From: an uncultured Gammaproteobacteria bacterium
GTDB taxonomy: Bacteria > Patescibacteriota > Patescibacteriia > S139-126
DNA: 64,000 nucleotides
Assembly: GCA_964620905.1 (NCBI GenBank)
Contig: CAZUKA010000001.1
Coordinates: forward strand, 583,646-647,645
Reading direction: 5' to 3'
In this document: positions 1-10,029 of the stretch, in pieces
Layout: each line of letters opens with the position of its first letter
Numbering within the stretch: position 1 is the stretch's first letter
Translations under genes and position numbers: made by a program
The notes under the pieces: generated by a model
The model's input: the letters and a program-made list of their open reading frames with translations, nothing else
The model's database searches: none
Told to the model about the DNA's origin: nothing

Positions 1-537
1 TGAAACCTTTTTTTCTGTACTCAAATTGTCATCAACTTGTCGCAGCGCTTCTCTAATCTCACCGGCCCGATAACCTAGACTCTCTAAAGCTTCAATCACT
101 TCACTGCTAACATTACTATCACCACTGGCAACAATACCAGCACCAATTTTTGATTTCAATTCTACCACTATCCGCTCGGCGGTTTTTTTGCCGATACCAT
201 TTACTTTCTGCAACAAACCCGGATCGTCATTGACTACGGCTTGTCTGATATCTTCAGGTTTAGCAGCTGCTAAAATATTGAGAGCTGATTTCGGTCCTAT
301 ACCAGAAATAGTGATGAGCAACTTAAAAAAATAGTACTGACTTTCACTCAGAAATCCAAACAAATCTATGGCGTCTTCTCTGACAGCTGTATAAACATAG
401 AATTCAACCTCCTGACCAATTACCGCCTTGGTTAAGGTATCGTTATCTACAAATACCTCATAGCCAACACCACCCACTAATACAGTAAGTGATCGTTCAC
501 CCGCCTTTTTTATTTGTCCTTGCAAATAAGAAATCAT
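1..537 (-). CDS. ruvA: Holliday junction branch migration protein RuvA (3' end runs off window)
   Basis: Manual translation from ATG at 537: MISYLQGQIKKAGERSLTVLVGGVGYEVFV...VREDAIDLFGF...ISGIGPKSAL...GIGKKTAERIVVELK; missing from the ORF track because it is truncated. Confidence 0.93.
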   Translation of the reverse strand, partial: MISYLQGQIKKAGERSLTVLVGGVGYEVFVDNDTLTKAVIGQEVEFYVYTAVREDAIDLFGFLSESQYYFFKLLITISGIGPKSALNILAAAKPEDIRQAVVNDDPGLLQKVNGIGKKTAERIVVELKSKIGAGIVASGDSNVSSEVIEALESLGYRAGEIREALRQVDDNLSTEKKVS

Positions 538-684
538 TGATTAGAATCAAATATAAAGTAGCTGGTATTAAGTATATAATATTTCGACACTTATTTCATC
601 TCTTACTTGACTAAGCTAATTATACTATTTAAACTTTACTAATTATTAGTTATTTACCAATTCACAATCAAACGGAGTTATCCA

Positions 685-1125
685 ATGAAATCAATAGCAA
701 AACTTATAAATGGCTATTTCCAATATAGATTTATTTTTACTTTTATTGCCTGCTTCTTTTTTACCCCGGCAATATTAATCGGTCGCGACAATCAAATATT
801 ATCCAACGGGGACATAATTATATTAATATTTCTTCCCTTATCAATAATGACTGTGGTTTTTATATTTGGTTTAGTGGGATTTTTAAATGAATATCGCTTG
901 CGAATTGTCCTGGGAAAAAGATTTTATCAATTTGATTCTTATTTGAAAAAAATATTTAAAAAGACAGCTTTGCTAATAATTGGCTTATTTATATCAATTT
1001 GCCTGCTGGCAATAATTAGGTTTTCTTTAAACCCATCTTTAGATAATCTAAATCTTTTAATCCCAGTGATCTTAACTATTATTTTAAAAAACTCGCTCAA
1101 AGATTTTGTTGCGATAGGCAACTGA
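685..1125 (+). CDS. hypothetical 4-TM membrane protein
   Basis: 146 aa with hydrophobic segments; GGAG SD and TTGACT-17-TAAACT promoter-like element upstream. Confidence 0.6.
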   Translation: MKSIAKLINGYFQYRFIFTFIACFFFTPAILIGRDNQILSNGDIIILIFLPLSIMTVVFIFGLVGFLNEYRLRIVLGKRFYQFDSYLKKIFKKTALLIIGLFISICLLAIIRFSLNPSLDNLNLLIPVILTIILKNSLKDFVAIGN

Positions 1126-1196
1126 TAATCGGCCCAATATTATTTGGGCTTTTTTATTTTAACAAAGACGGTTATACTAACTAGACAAATAATTGC

Positions 1197-3176
1197 ATGA
1201 ATAAATTTAGACTCAAAGCCAATTTTCAACCAACTGGTGATCAACCTGCAGCAATCAAAAAGTTGCTAGTAGGGCTGAAGAAAAAAAATAGACACCAAAC
1301 CTTACTCGGGGTCACTGGTTCAGGTAAAACTTTTACTATGGCCAATATTATTGCCGCTACCAATCGGCCAACTTTGATTATCTCTCACAACAAAACCTTA
1401 GCTGCCCAACTGGCTAGCGAATTTCAAGATTTTTTTCCGCACAATGCCGTGCACTACTTTGTCTCCTATTATGATTTTTATCAACCTGAAGCTTATATAC
1501 CCCGCACCGACACTTACATTGAAAAAGAAACTCAACTCAATGAAGAAATAGACCGCCTCCGACATGCTTCCACCACAGCGCTGATGATGAGACGAGATGT
1601 AATTATCGTAGCATCCGTCAGTTGTATTTATGGTTTAGGTAATCCTAAGGAATATACTGATATAAAATTACCATTACAGGTAAAAAATAATTACAAACGC
1701 AATGAAATTCTGCGCTCGCTCCATGACATGCGCTATGAACGCAACGACCAAGAATTAAAACGTAATAGCTATACCGTCAAAGGAGAAATAATTGAAATTT
1801 ATCCTGCCTTTGCACTAGATAAATTTTGGCGACTTAAATTTTTTGGCAAAACCCTAGAAAAAATTGAAGAAATTGATTGGTTAACAAAAAAAATATTAAA
1901 TAAATTTTCCCAAATAGAAATTTATCCAGCTACTCACTACGTTGCTCCACCTGATAAAATGCAAGGGGTTACAAAAAAAATTCGTGATGACTTACGACAG
2001 CAATTGCATATCTTCAAAAAACAAAATCAACTGTTGGAAGCGCAGCGTTTGGAGCAACGTGTTAGTTTTGATTTGGAAATGATGGAAACAGTCGGTTATT
2101 GCAATGGTATAGAAAACTATTCCCGCTATTTCGATGGTCGAAAATTAGGTCAACCTCCATATACATTGCTTGATTATTTTCCCAAAGATTTCTTATTGTT
2201 TATCGACGAATCACATATGACCATCCCTCAAATTCGAGGTATGTATGAAGGAGATAAATCACGCAAACAAACTTTGGTGGATTTTGGTTTTCGCTTACCG
2301 GCGGCGTTGGACAATCGTCCTCTAAAATTTATTGAGTTTAACCAAAAAATAAATCAGGTAATTTATGTATCAGCTACACCTAGTGAATATGAAATATCTC
2401 AATCACAACAGCTAGTGGAACAACTTATCCGACCTACGGGTTTACTTGATCCCAGTATAGAAATAAAGCCAACTAACGGACAAATCGAAGATTTAATAAA
2501 GGAAATAAAAAAAAGAATCAATAAAAAACAACGAATTTTGGTTACAACTCTGACAAAAAGATTGGCCGAACAACTAGCTGAACATCTATTGGAGATGGGT
2601 ATCAAAACTCAATACCTGCATTCGGAAATAGATACTTTGGAAAGAGTAGAAATACTACAATCTTTGCGACGTGGCGAAGTTGACGTTTTGGTGGGTATCA
2701 ATCTGTTGCGCGAAGGCTTGGATCTACCAGAAGTATCACTGGTTGCCATTCTTGATGCTGACAAAGAAGGTTTCTTGCGCAGTGATGTTACTCTGATTCA
2801 AACCATGGGTCGAGCTGCCAGACACGTAGAAGGGCACGTGATTATGTATGCTGATACAATTACTGGATCTATGAAAAGAGCAATTACTGAAACCACTCGT
2901 CGCCGACAAAATCAACAAGTATACAATCAAAAACACAACATCACCCCTCAATCAATCCAAAAAAAAATCAAGACTTCCTTGCTTTCCGGCCTCAGATTAC
3001 AAGATACATCAGTTCCCAAAATTGATTTTACCAAATTGCCAAAAGATGAAATAAAATATCTTATCAACCAACTATCCGAACAGATGGAGATAGCTGCCCA
3101 AAACTTGGAATTTGAAAAAGCAGCTAAATTTAGGGATCAAATTGATGAGATAAAAAAATCAAAAAAAGCGCTTTAA
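1197..3176 (+). CDS. uvrB: excinuclease ABC subunit B
   Basis: GVTGSGKT Walker A, YYDFYQPEAY beta-hairpin, DESH, C-terminal UVR domain FEKAAKFRD. Confidence 0.98.
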   Translation: MNKFRLKANFQPTGDQPAAIKKLLVGLKKKNRHQTLLGVTGSGKTFTMANIIAATNRPTLIISHNKTLAAQLASEFQDFFPHNAVHYFVSYYDFYQPEAYIPRTDTYIEKETQLNEEIDRLRHASTTALMMRRDVIIVASVSCIYGLGNPKEYTDIKLPLQVKNNYKRNEILRSLHDMRYERNDQELKRNSYTVKGEIIEIYPAFALDKFWRLKFFGKTLEKIEEIDWLTKKILNKFSQIEIYPATHYVAPPDKMQGVTKKIRDDLRQQLHIFKKQNQLLEAQRLEQRVSFDLEMMETVGYCNGIENYSRYFDGRKLGQPPYTLLDYFPKDFLLFIDESHMTIPQIRGMYEGDKSRKQTLVDFGFRLPAALDNRPLKFIEFNQKINQVIYVSATPSEYEISQSQQLVEQLIRPTGLLDPSIEIKPTNGQIEDLIKEIKKRINKKQRILVTTLTKRLAEQLAEHLLEMGIKTQYLHSEIDTLERVEILQSLRRGEVDVLVGINLLREGLDLPEVSLVAILDADKEGFLRSDVTLIQTMGRAARHVEGHVIMYADTITGSMKRAITETTRRRQNQQVYNQKHNITPQSIQKKIKTSLLSGLRLQDTSVPKIDFTKLPKDEIKYLINQLSEQMEIAAQNLEFEKAAKFRDQIDEIKKSKKAL

Positions 3177-3186
3177 GCGCTTTTTT
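3161..3186. terminator. bidirectional palindromic terminator, copy 1 of a 26-bp direct repeat
   Basis: AAAAAAAGCGCTTTAAGCGCTTTTTT; contains the uvrB stop codon. Confidence 0.75.
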
Positions 3187-3264
3187 ATAATTGACAATAC
3201 CAACAAACAATGATAGGTTGACTTAATTAATTCCTTAATAAACAACAAAAATCAGGAGATAATA

Positions 3265-3651
3265 ATGAATACACAGTTATTCTCAGTCAACAATTCTAAC
3301 GCTAAATGGCACAAAAAAATTTTTAGAGTCTCATTTATAGACCTAGCTTTAGGTACCATAATATTATTGATGGTGTTTATATTAAAATCCCTAAATATAC
3401 TTACTTGGTTCGAAAAATACCCTTTAGGAATGATTATCATTTCCATAGTAGCAGCATTTCTTTGCGGCACTTGGAGCGGATCAGCTTATGTCCGCAAACA
3501 AATACACTTCACTATTGCTTTTGTAGCCACCATCACTTTTCTAGTTTTGATTCCTCTAATGAATCTTTTAAGCAGTTTGTTATTTGTAGGACTCTACTTA
3601 ATTTTGTTTGGGCTGACTGCCTTGGAAACATTACTCTGTGATGAAAAATAA
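3265..3651 (+). CDS. hypothetical 4-TM membrane protein
   Basis: 128 aa hydrophobic; AGGAG SD; TTGACA-17-TAGGTT at 3191. Confidence 0.65.
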   Translation: MNTQLFSVNNSNAKWHKKIFRVSFIDLALGTIILLMVFILKSLNILTWFEKYPLGMIIISIVAAFLCGTWSGSAYVRKQIHFTIAFVATITFLVLIPLMNLLSSLLFVGLYLILFGLTALETLLCDEK

Positions 3652-3654
3652 TTT

Positions 3655-3680
3655 AAAAAAAGCGCTTTAAGCGCTTTTTT
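3655..3680. terminator. bidirectional palindromic terminator, copy 2 of a 26-bp direct repeat
   Basis: Identical to 3161-3186; contains the folD stop codon. Confidence 0.75.
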
Positions 3681-4524
3681 TATTTCTCACTGACAACACT
3701 ATATTTTCCATCAGCTTAACCACCGTAATCGGACCAATCCCGCCGGGCACCGGAGTTAACAAGGCGGCTTTATTTTTTACTGAATCAATTTCAACATCTC
3801 CCCTCACTTTACCAGCTTGATAAGTCGTAGCTAAATCAATCACCACTGCTCCAGTTTTGATCATTTCACCGGTTATTAAGTTTGGTTTACCAACACCAGA
3901 AATAACAATATCAGCTTGTTTGGTAAACCTCGCTAAATCTTTGGTGCTTCTACCACAAACACTTAAAGTCACTGGACAATTCATAAAATAGGCAGCCAAA
4001 GGACGTCCAATTAATTCCCCCCGTCCAACTAAACAAACATGTTTACCATTTAGTTCAATATTATGGTCATTTAAAACTTCCAGCACAGCGCCAATAATCG
4101 GTGGCATAAAATAGAGTTCATTCATCAAAATTTTACCCAAAGAGAAATGCGACAAACAGTCAACATCGAACTCTGGCTTGATCTGATTGGCAATTTCACG
4201 CGTCTGTGACCACAATTTATTTGGCAATGGCAACTGAACGATCAAACCAAACAAATCTTTTTCCTGTTGTATTGTGTTTATCTTAGCAATTATAGCTTCA
4301 GTGGTGGTGTTAGCAGACATTTCATAAACATCACAAACTAAACCTAATTGTTTTGCAACTGCTTGTTTTTTACTAACATACATTTTGGAAGCGGCATCAT
4401 CTCCAACTAAAATCACTACCAATTTTATTGGTGTGGTTAAATTTAAATCTAGCAAATTTTGTTTTAATTCGGCTTGTAATTTAGCGGCGATTTTTTTACC
4501 ATCAACCAGTACGATATTAGACAT
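3667..4524 (-). CDS. folD: bifunctional methylene-THF dehydrogenase/cyclohydrolase
   Basis: LIVQLPLP, DVD, VGRG..GRPLA, TPVPGGIGPITV motifs. Confidence 0.93.
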   Translation of the reverse strand: MSNIVLVDGKKIAAKLQAELKQNLLDLNLTTPIKLVVILVGDDAASKMYVSKKQAVAKQLGLVCDVYEMSANTTTEAIIAKINTIQQEKDLFGLIVQLPLPNKLWSQTREIANQIKPEFDVDCLSHFSLGKILMNELYFMPPIIGAVLEVLNDHNIELNGKHVCLVGRGELIGRPLAAYFMNCPVTLSVCGRSTKDLARFTKQADIVISGVGKPNLITGEMIKTGAVVIDLATTYQAGKVRGDVEIDSVKNKAALLTPVPGGIGPITVVKLMENIVLSVRNKKSA

Positions 4525-4622
4525 AGTTTTGACTCCTTAGTACTATAATAATGATTAAGTCTTATAATATCATTTTATTATAATTTAGCCCTCATCAGCA
4601 AATAGTCATTAATCAAAAACCA

Positions 4623-5777
4623 GTGAAAAAAAATTATTCATCAAAAAAAGTGGCTATCTTTGGTGCTTTTGATATTATCCATCCTGGGCATATCCACTTA
4701 TTCAAACAAGCAGCTGCTCTGGGTGAAGTGATCGTAGTAGTTGCAAGAGATTCAACAATCGCCAAAGTCAAAGGCCAAACACCTTTTTATCCCGAAGCTA
4801 ACAGAGTGGCAACCTTAAAAAAAATTGATTGGCTGACAGAGGTTAGATTAGGACAGTCAGTCAATCCTTATGAAATTTTAAAAATTATTAAACCAGAAAT
4901 AATTCTCTTAGGACATGACCAAAAAATATTTATTGATCAACTACCTGAGGAATTAAAAAAAATAAATTTGCAGCCAAAGATTTTGCGCGCTCAACCGCTG
5001 GCTGAAAATTTTTTTAAATCTTCAAAAATTAGACCGGCCCTAGAAAATAATCAAGCTGGTTTTTTACTAATCAATAAACCAGCCGGTCTCACCTCGCATG
5101 ATATAGTCAATCAAGTAAGAAAAACATTAAACACCAAAAAAGTTGGCCATGCCGGCACATTGGATCCACTGGCTCAAGGGCTACTAATAATCGGTGTTAA
5201 AGAAGCAGTTAAAATGCTTTCTTGGTGGCACTATTTCACCAAAACTTATCAAGCACAACTGGTTTTTGGTAAAACCTCTGATACTTATGACGCTACGGGC
5301 CAAATAAAAAATATAACCACAAAAAAAATTTCCCAAGCTAAACTTGAACAAGCTCTACTGAACTTTATTGGTCAGCAAACCCAACAACCACCAATTTTCT
5401 CTGCCAAAAAAATAAAAGGGCAAAAGGCATACACTTTGGCTAGAAAAAATATAGCCGTTGAGCTACCTGAACAAACTGTTAAAATATACCAATCAAGACT
5501 AATTGATTTTTCTTGGCCAAATGCTGTTTGGAAAATTACTTGTAGCAGTGGAACATATATCCGCAGTTTAATTCACGATTTAGGACAAAATTTATCAACT
5601 GGTGCTATTATGACTGACTTAGTCAGATTGAAAATCGGCCCCGCCTCAATCAAATCATCAATCAAAGTTGAGAGTTTAAATAGCCACTACCCAACCCAAG
5701 GATACTTTTTATCACCACTATTTTTACTGGAAAAAATAAATGAATTATTTTTGGAAAATACTCAACTTAACTCTTGA
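4623..5777 (+). CDS. truB: fusion: HIGH-family nucleotidyltransferase (RibL/TagD-like) + tRNA pseudouridine-55 synthase
   Basis: N-term GAFDIIHPGHIH, VVVARD, LGHDQ, KSSKI; C-term INKPAGLTSHD, GHAGTLDPLAQG, CSSGTYIRSL. Confidence 0.88.
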   Translation: MKKNYSSKKVAIFGAFDIIHPGHIHLFKQAAALGEVIVVVARDSTIAKVKGQTPFYPEANRVATLKKIDWLTEVRLGQSVNPYEILKIIKPEIILLGHDQKIFIDQLPEELKKINLQPKILRAQPLAENFFKSSKIRPALENNQAGFLLINKPAGLTSHDIVNQVRKTLNTKKVGHAGTLDPLAQGLLIIGVKEAVKMLSWWHYFTKTYQAQLVFGKTSDTYDATGQIKNITTKKISQAKLEQALLNFIGQQTQQPPIFSAKKIKGQKAYTLARKNIAVELPEQTVKIYQSRLIDFSWPNAVWKITCSSGTYIRSLIHDLGQNLSTGAIMTDLVRLKIGPASIKSSIKVESLNSHYPTQGYFLSPLFLLEKINELFLENTQLNS

Positions 5778-5836
5778 TTTATTTTTTCTACCTTGCTATG
5801 ATACCTCTACTTATTTAGTTATTAATAATATTTACT

Positions 5837-6106
5837 ATGCCCAACAAACAATCAGCTGCCAAAGAATTACGTAAAGCAAAAATTCGTACTCAACGCAATT
5901 CCAGAGTAAAAAGCAACATCAAAACCCTTTTGAAAAAAATTGACAAGTCTTTAACTTCCGGTGATCAGACTAAATTGGACGAAATGCTAAAAAAGGTTCA
6001 ATCACTACTTGATAAAGCGGTTAAAACAAAGGTGATTAAAAAAAATAACGCCGCTAGAAAAAAATCACGGCTTTGGAAAAAAATAAATAAAACTACCAAG
6101 AAATAA
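5837..6106 (+). CDS. rpsT: 30S ribosomal protein S20
   Basis: MPNKQSAAKELR...LDKAVK...KNNAARKKSRL. Confidence 0.96.
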   Translation: MPNKQSAAKELRKAKIRTQRNSRVKSNIKTLLKKIDKSLTSGDQTKLDEMLKKVQSLLDKAVKTKVIKKNNAARKKSRLWKKINKTTKK

Positions 6107-6132
6107 AAAAATCCGCCGACTGGCGGATTTTT
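6107..6132. terminator. bidirectional terminator between rpsT and holA
   Basis: AAAAATCCGCCGACTGGCGGATTTTT. Confidence 0.75.
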
Positions 6133-7093
6133 ATAAACCCAAAATAAACAAATCAAGTGCAGCCGCTGGTTCGGTTAAACCAGTTTTTAAACGGTAATCA
6201 ATCTCACTTAATTGTTGATAAATATCTTTAAGCTGTTTTAGGGTAAAATTTTTTACCACTGGCAAAGATTTCTGTACTACAAAAGGGTGCATTCCTAGTC
6301 TCGTTGCCATCTCGTTGCTGGTAAAAGTTTGTTTATCCAAAACATCTTTGATTAAAAGCAAAACTCTAAACTGCCAAACAATCCGGTTAAATATTTCTAA
6401 AACTTCTGTTCCCTTGACTAGTTGTTCCTCCAACAAACGCATGGCTTCGGGTTTATTTTTTTGTGATAAAAAATATAAAAATTCCCAACCATCACCGCTC
6501 AAACTATCTAGTGTCAAATTATAAACCATTTTACTATCAATCTCTGTTCCATCAGCGAATAAAACTAATTTTTGTATCTCATTGTCCAACTGCCATAAAT
6601 TATCACCGACTTGAGCAAATAAAATCTTGACTGCTACCGGCGCGATTTTACCGCCCAATTCAACCACTCGATCTTGCACCCACTTTTCCAACTGACGCTG
6701 ATTTAAATTATCATAAATTTGAACATAGTCCTGTTTATTTAAATATTTGAACAACTGAGTGTTTTTTATTTTTTTTAAACTATCAGCGGTTTGTATATTT
6801 TCCCACCACACTACCGTATGGTTGCTAACCTTATCTAGAACTTCTATAATTTGTTCTTGTAAATCTTTTTTTGGATGACGCACTAATAAATCACGCACCA
6901 GCACCAATCGTCCACGGCTAAATAATGATTGTGATAGAAGGCTTTGACGCCACTGTCCAATATCAAATTCTTCCCCATTGATCAAGGTTATACTCGAACC
7001 GCTAGTATCAACCTTTTGTCTGAACTTTTGTTTTAACTCATTTACTTTATGTTGAGCGCGCCAACTATCTGATCCGTAAATAAAAATAATCAT
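6131..7093 (-). CDS. holA: DNA polymerase III subunit delta
   Basis: MIIFIYGSD, SLFSRGRLVLV, GDNLWQLDNEIQKL, MHPFVVQK, DYRLKTG; start moved to 7093 because the longer ORF overlaps tRNA-Gly. Confidence 0.9.
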   Translation of the reverse strand: MIIFIYGSDSWRAQHKVNELKQKFRQKVDTSGSSITLINGEEFDIGQWRQSLLSQSLFSRGRLVLVRDLLVRHPKKDLQEQIIEVLDKVSNHTVVWWENIQTADSLKKIKNTQLFKYLNKQDYVQIYDNLNQRQLEKWVQDRVVELGGKIAPVAVKILFAQVGDNLWQLDNEIQKLVLFADGTEIDSKMVYNLTLDSLSGDGWEFLYFLSQKNKPEAMRLLEEQLVKGTEVLEIFNRIVWQFRVLLLIKDVLDKQTFTSNEMATRLGMHPFVVQKSLPVVKNFTLKQLKDIYQQLSEIDYRLKTGLTEPAAALDLFILGL

Positions 7094-7099
7094 ATAATT

Positions 7100-7174
7100 T
7101 GGAGCGGGTAGGGGGAATCGAACCCCCATCTTCAGCTTGGAAAGCTGTAATAATAGCCATTATACGATACCCGC
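7100..7174 (-). tRNA. tRNA-Gly(TCC)
   Basis: GCGGGTATCGTATAATGG...CAGCTTTCCAAGCTG...GGTTCGATTCC...CCCGCTCCA. Confidence 0.96.
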
Positions 7175-7178
7175 TTAA

Positions 7179-7255
7179 TGGTCGGGGTGAGAGGGCTCGA
7201 ACCTCCGACCTCCTGCTCCCAAAGCAGGCGCGCTAGCCAACTGCGCTACACCCCG
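7179..7255 (-). tRNA. tRNA-Pro(TGG)
   Basis: CGGGGTGTAGCGCAG...CCTGCTTTGGGAGCAGG...GGTTCGAG...CCCCGACCA. Confidence 0.96.
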
Positions 7256-7376
7256 ATAATTAAATTATAAAATATAAATTTTAAATTATAAATATTTATA
7301 ATTTAGTACAAATAAGTCCTAAATTCTAAAATCCAATTATATTTTTAGTATCTAGAATTTAGGACTTATGTTTTAG

Positions 7377-7451
7377 TGGTGCCGAGGGGCAGAATTGAAC
7401 TGCCGACGCAAGGATTTTCAGTCCTTCGCTCTACCACTGAGCTACCTCGGC
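7377..7451 (-). tRNA. tRNA-Phe(GAA)
   Basis: GCCGAGGTAGCTCAG...AAGGACTGAAAATCCTT...GTTCAATT...CTCGGCACCA. Confidence 0.96.
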
Positions 7452-7572
7452 CCAAATAGAATTTTGAATCTTGAATATAGGATTTAGAATGTAAGATGAT
7501 AATTAAAAAAATTTATTACTGTGCTAAATCCTAATTCAATATTCTATATTCCAAATTCTATATTCTTACTAA

Positions 7573-7649
7573 TGGTGGGCATGGATGGATTCGAACCATC
7601 GACCTCGTCATTATCAGTGACGCGCTCTAACCAACTGAGCTACATGCCC
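7573..7649 (-). tRNA. tRNA-Ile(GAT)
   Basis: GGGCATGTAGCTCAG...CGTCACTGATAATGACG...GGTTCGAATCC...TGCCCACCA. Confidence 0.96.
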
Positions 7650-7834
7650 CAACTTTATTTTGTAAACCAAATTACTTTGTTTTGCAAATTCAACCATAAC
7701 AAAAAAGTCTCAATTTGGCAAGATTTATCAATAATAGATAAAAATAAAGAAAAATTACTTAGTTACCAAATAAAAATCCTATCGTATATATAAAAGTGGG
7801 TGTATAATAAGTTTGTAATTATTAATCATCTTTT

Positions 7835-8818
7835 ATGGTGAACAAGGAAAAAATTAAAAAAATTTCCCTATCTGTAATGGCGGCCATCGGCGGGCTAGCC
7901 ATTATATTAGTAGTTTATAATCTTCTTTCTGGTGGTTTACGTTCCGGCATAAAAACAAATAAAATGTTATCAAGTTATGACTCAGTCGGTATGGGTAACT
8001 TGGGCCTGGCTCCAACTATGGATTCAGTCGGCATAGAAACCCGCCAGCTGACTGAAGGAACAACCGACAATCAGGATTATGGCGATAGCCAGTTGGCAGA
8101 AAGAAAAGTGACCAAAAATGGTGAATTAGAATTACTGGTTGAGAGCGCGGATAAGGTAGCACAAAAAATTTCTGACAAAACCAAACAGCTGGGTGGATTT
8201 GTTCAAAATTCAAATATTAGAGAAGTAGAAGCTGGGGTTAAATCAGGTACAATAATAATCAAAGTACCCTCTGATAAATTTGAAGAAGCCTTTAGGGCTT
8301 TTAAAGACTACGGGATTAAGGTGGAAAGAGAGATCACCAATAGTCAGGATGTAACTGAACGCTATATTGATTTGGAAGCTCAACTAAAAAACCTGCGAGC
8401 TGAAGAAGAACGCTATCTAGATGTGATGAGTCGCGCTTTTAGCGTCAATGATATTCTCCAAGTCTCTCAATATTTAAGTCGAGTCCGCGGACAAATTGAA
8501 AAAATTGAAGGTCAGCTAAAATATCTGGATCGGCAAGTGGAAATGTCCACTATCACCACTTATTTAACGGCTGAGGCAGAGGTTGAGATATTTGGTATTC
8601 GCTGGCGACCTTTGTATGAGATTAAAAAATCATTTCGCAATATGTTGGAGGGCTTACAAAACTATACCAATACCGCCATTGCTTTTATAATGTATTTGCC
8701 GGTACTACTACTTTGGATCGTATCAATCCTATTGATTGTGTGGGTGATTGTTAAAATTTTCCTGTGGTTAATAAGGAGATTTAGACGTAAAAAGGATAGA
8801 ATTCAAACTTTACAATAA
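7835..8818 (+). CDS. DUF4349 domain membrane protein
   Basis: N-term TM, LGGFV, IKVPS, SQDVTERYIDLEAQLKNL coiled coil, C-term TM. Confidence 0.85.
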   Translation: MVNKEKIKKISLSVMAAIGGLAIILVVYNLLSGGLRSGIKTNKMLSSYDSVGMGNLGLAPTMDSVGIETRQLTEGTTDNQDYGDSQLAERKVTKNGELELLVESADKVAQKISDKTKQLGGFVQNSNIREVEAGVKSGTIIIKVPSDKFEEAFRAFKDYGIKVEREITNSQDVTERYIDLEAQLKNLRAEEERYLDVMSRAFSVNDILQVSQYLSRVRGQIEKIEGQLKYLDRQVEMSTITTYLTAEAEVEIFGIRWRPLYEIKKSFRNMLEGLQNYTNTAIAFIMYLPVLLLWIVSILLIVWVIVKIFLWLIRRFRRKKDRIQTLQ

Positions 8819-8820
8819 AT

Positions 8821-8851
8821 AAAAAAGAGAGGTTTATAACCTCTCTTTTTT
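8821..8851 (+). terminator. intrinsic terminator
   Basis: AAAAAAGAGAGGTTTATAACCTCTCTTTTTT. Confidence 0.75.
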
Positions 8852-8867
8852 ATATTAAACTAATAGT

Positions 8868-9188
8868 ATGAATTTTTATGAATCTGTGTATCAAATTGTT
8901 CGCCAAATACCCAAAGGTCAAGTCATGACCTATGGCCAGATTGCTACCCTGATCAGTACACCCCGAGCTGCTCGCGTGGTAGGTTTTGCTCTGCGCGCAG
9001 CAATCAATAAAAACATCCCTTGGCAACGAGTGATAAATAGCCAAGGCATGATTAGCATCATAAATCCCCTGGCAACTAAAAAACTCCAAGCAAAACTCTT
9101 GCTTAATGAAGGCGTTCAAGTTAAAACCATTGACCACAATTACTTTGTTGATCTAAAAAAATATCTCTACCACCCCAAACTGTCCTAA
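8868..9188 (+). CDS. alkyltransferase-like (ATL/YbaZ-type) MGMT-family protein
   Basis: IPKGQVMTYGQIA, ARVVG, PWQRV (Trp in place of the catalytic Cys). Confidence 0.88.
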   Translation: MNFYESVYQIVRQIPKGQVMTYGQIATLISTPRAARVVGFALRAAINKNIPWQRVINSQGMISIINPLATKKLQAKLLLNEGVQVKTIDHNYFVDLKKYLYHPKLS

Positions 9189-9316
9189 AAATTGATACTT
9201 AGCGTACCCAAAAAGACAGGATTGACATTTTTGTCCACTTTTGCTAAGATAGCAAAACCCTAAAAACAGGGTATTTTTTATTGGTTTTTTACAAATTTAA
9301 GTATTTAATCAACCGT

Positions 9317-9829
9317 ATGAATGCATTAGTTCGCAAGCGCGGACGGCAAGCGCTGTTAATTGCTATATTTATTGCTTCAATTTTCACTTTTTTACTTCCT
9401 CAGGCTGAAATATTAGCTGCACCAGCGCCAGTCCTCTTAAGTGAGGAGGGAGAAATTAATCTGCAACCAGCTGCTCATGCCACTGAAATAGTTAATTATC
9501 AATTACCTATCAATGAAATAAAAGTGGCACGGACAAAAAAAGTTACTATCACCGCTTACAACGCTGTACCGGAACAGACTGATAGTACTCCTTGTATAAC
9601 AGCTGATGGCACAGACATTTGTCAAAACAAAAATATCAAAGTAGTGGCCGCCAACTGGTTACCTTTTGGCACCAAAGTAAGGATTCCTGAATATTTCGGT
9701 GATACCATCTTTGAAGTTAGAGACCGTATGAATCCACGTTATAATGATCGCTTAGATATTCTCCTGGAAGATATTGCGGATGCTAAACAGTTTGGCCGCC
9801 GACATCTTACCGTGGAAATATTAAACTAA
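9317..9829 (+). CDS. 3D-domain secreted protein
   Basis: Signal/TM; ITAYN..QTDSTPCITADG, LPFGTKV, VRDRM, RLDI. Confidence 0.85.
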   Translation: MNALVRKRGRQALLIAIFIASIFTFLLPQAEILAAPAPVLLSEEGEINLQPAAHATEIVNYQLPINEIKVARTKKVTITAYNAVPEQTDSTPCITADGTDICQNKNIKVVAANWLPFGTKVRIPEYFGDTIFEVRDRMNPRYNDRLDILLEDIADAKQFGRRHLTVEILN

Positions 9830-9930
9830 CAAAAAATCCCGCTACCTGCGGGGTTTTTTGATTGCTTTAAAAATAAAATTTTGTTAACCTATCAATGTTA
9901 ATTAATTTTCTTTATACTTAATACTGTTCC

Positions 9931-10005
9931 GGCCTGGTAGCCAAGTGGTAAGGCAACGGTCTGCAAAACCGTTATACGGGGGTTCAACTCCCCCCCAGGC
10001 CTCCA
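9931..10005 (+). tRNA. tRNA-Cys(GCA)
   Basis: GGCCTGGTAGCCAAGTGG...ACGGTCTGCAAAACCGT...GGTTCAACTCC...AGGCCTCCA. Confidence 0.95.
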
Positions 10006-10029
10006 AAAATATTAATAACTAATTAAATT

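Noticed and set aside
7094-7129. N-terminal extension of holA in the ORF track
   Set aside because: It overlaps tRNA-Gly; the real start is MIIFIYG at 7093
7521-7793. 90-aa plus-strand ORF
   Set aside because: Antisense to tRNA-Ile and low-complexity repeats
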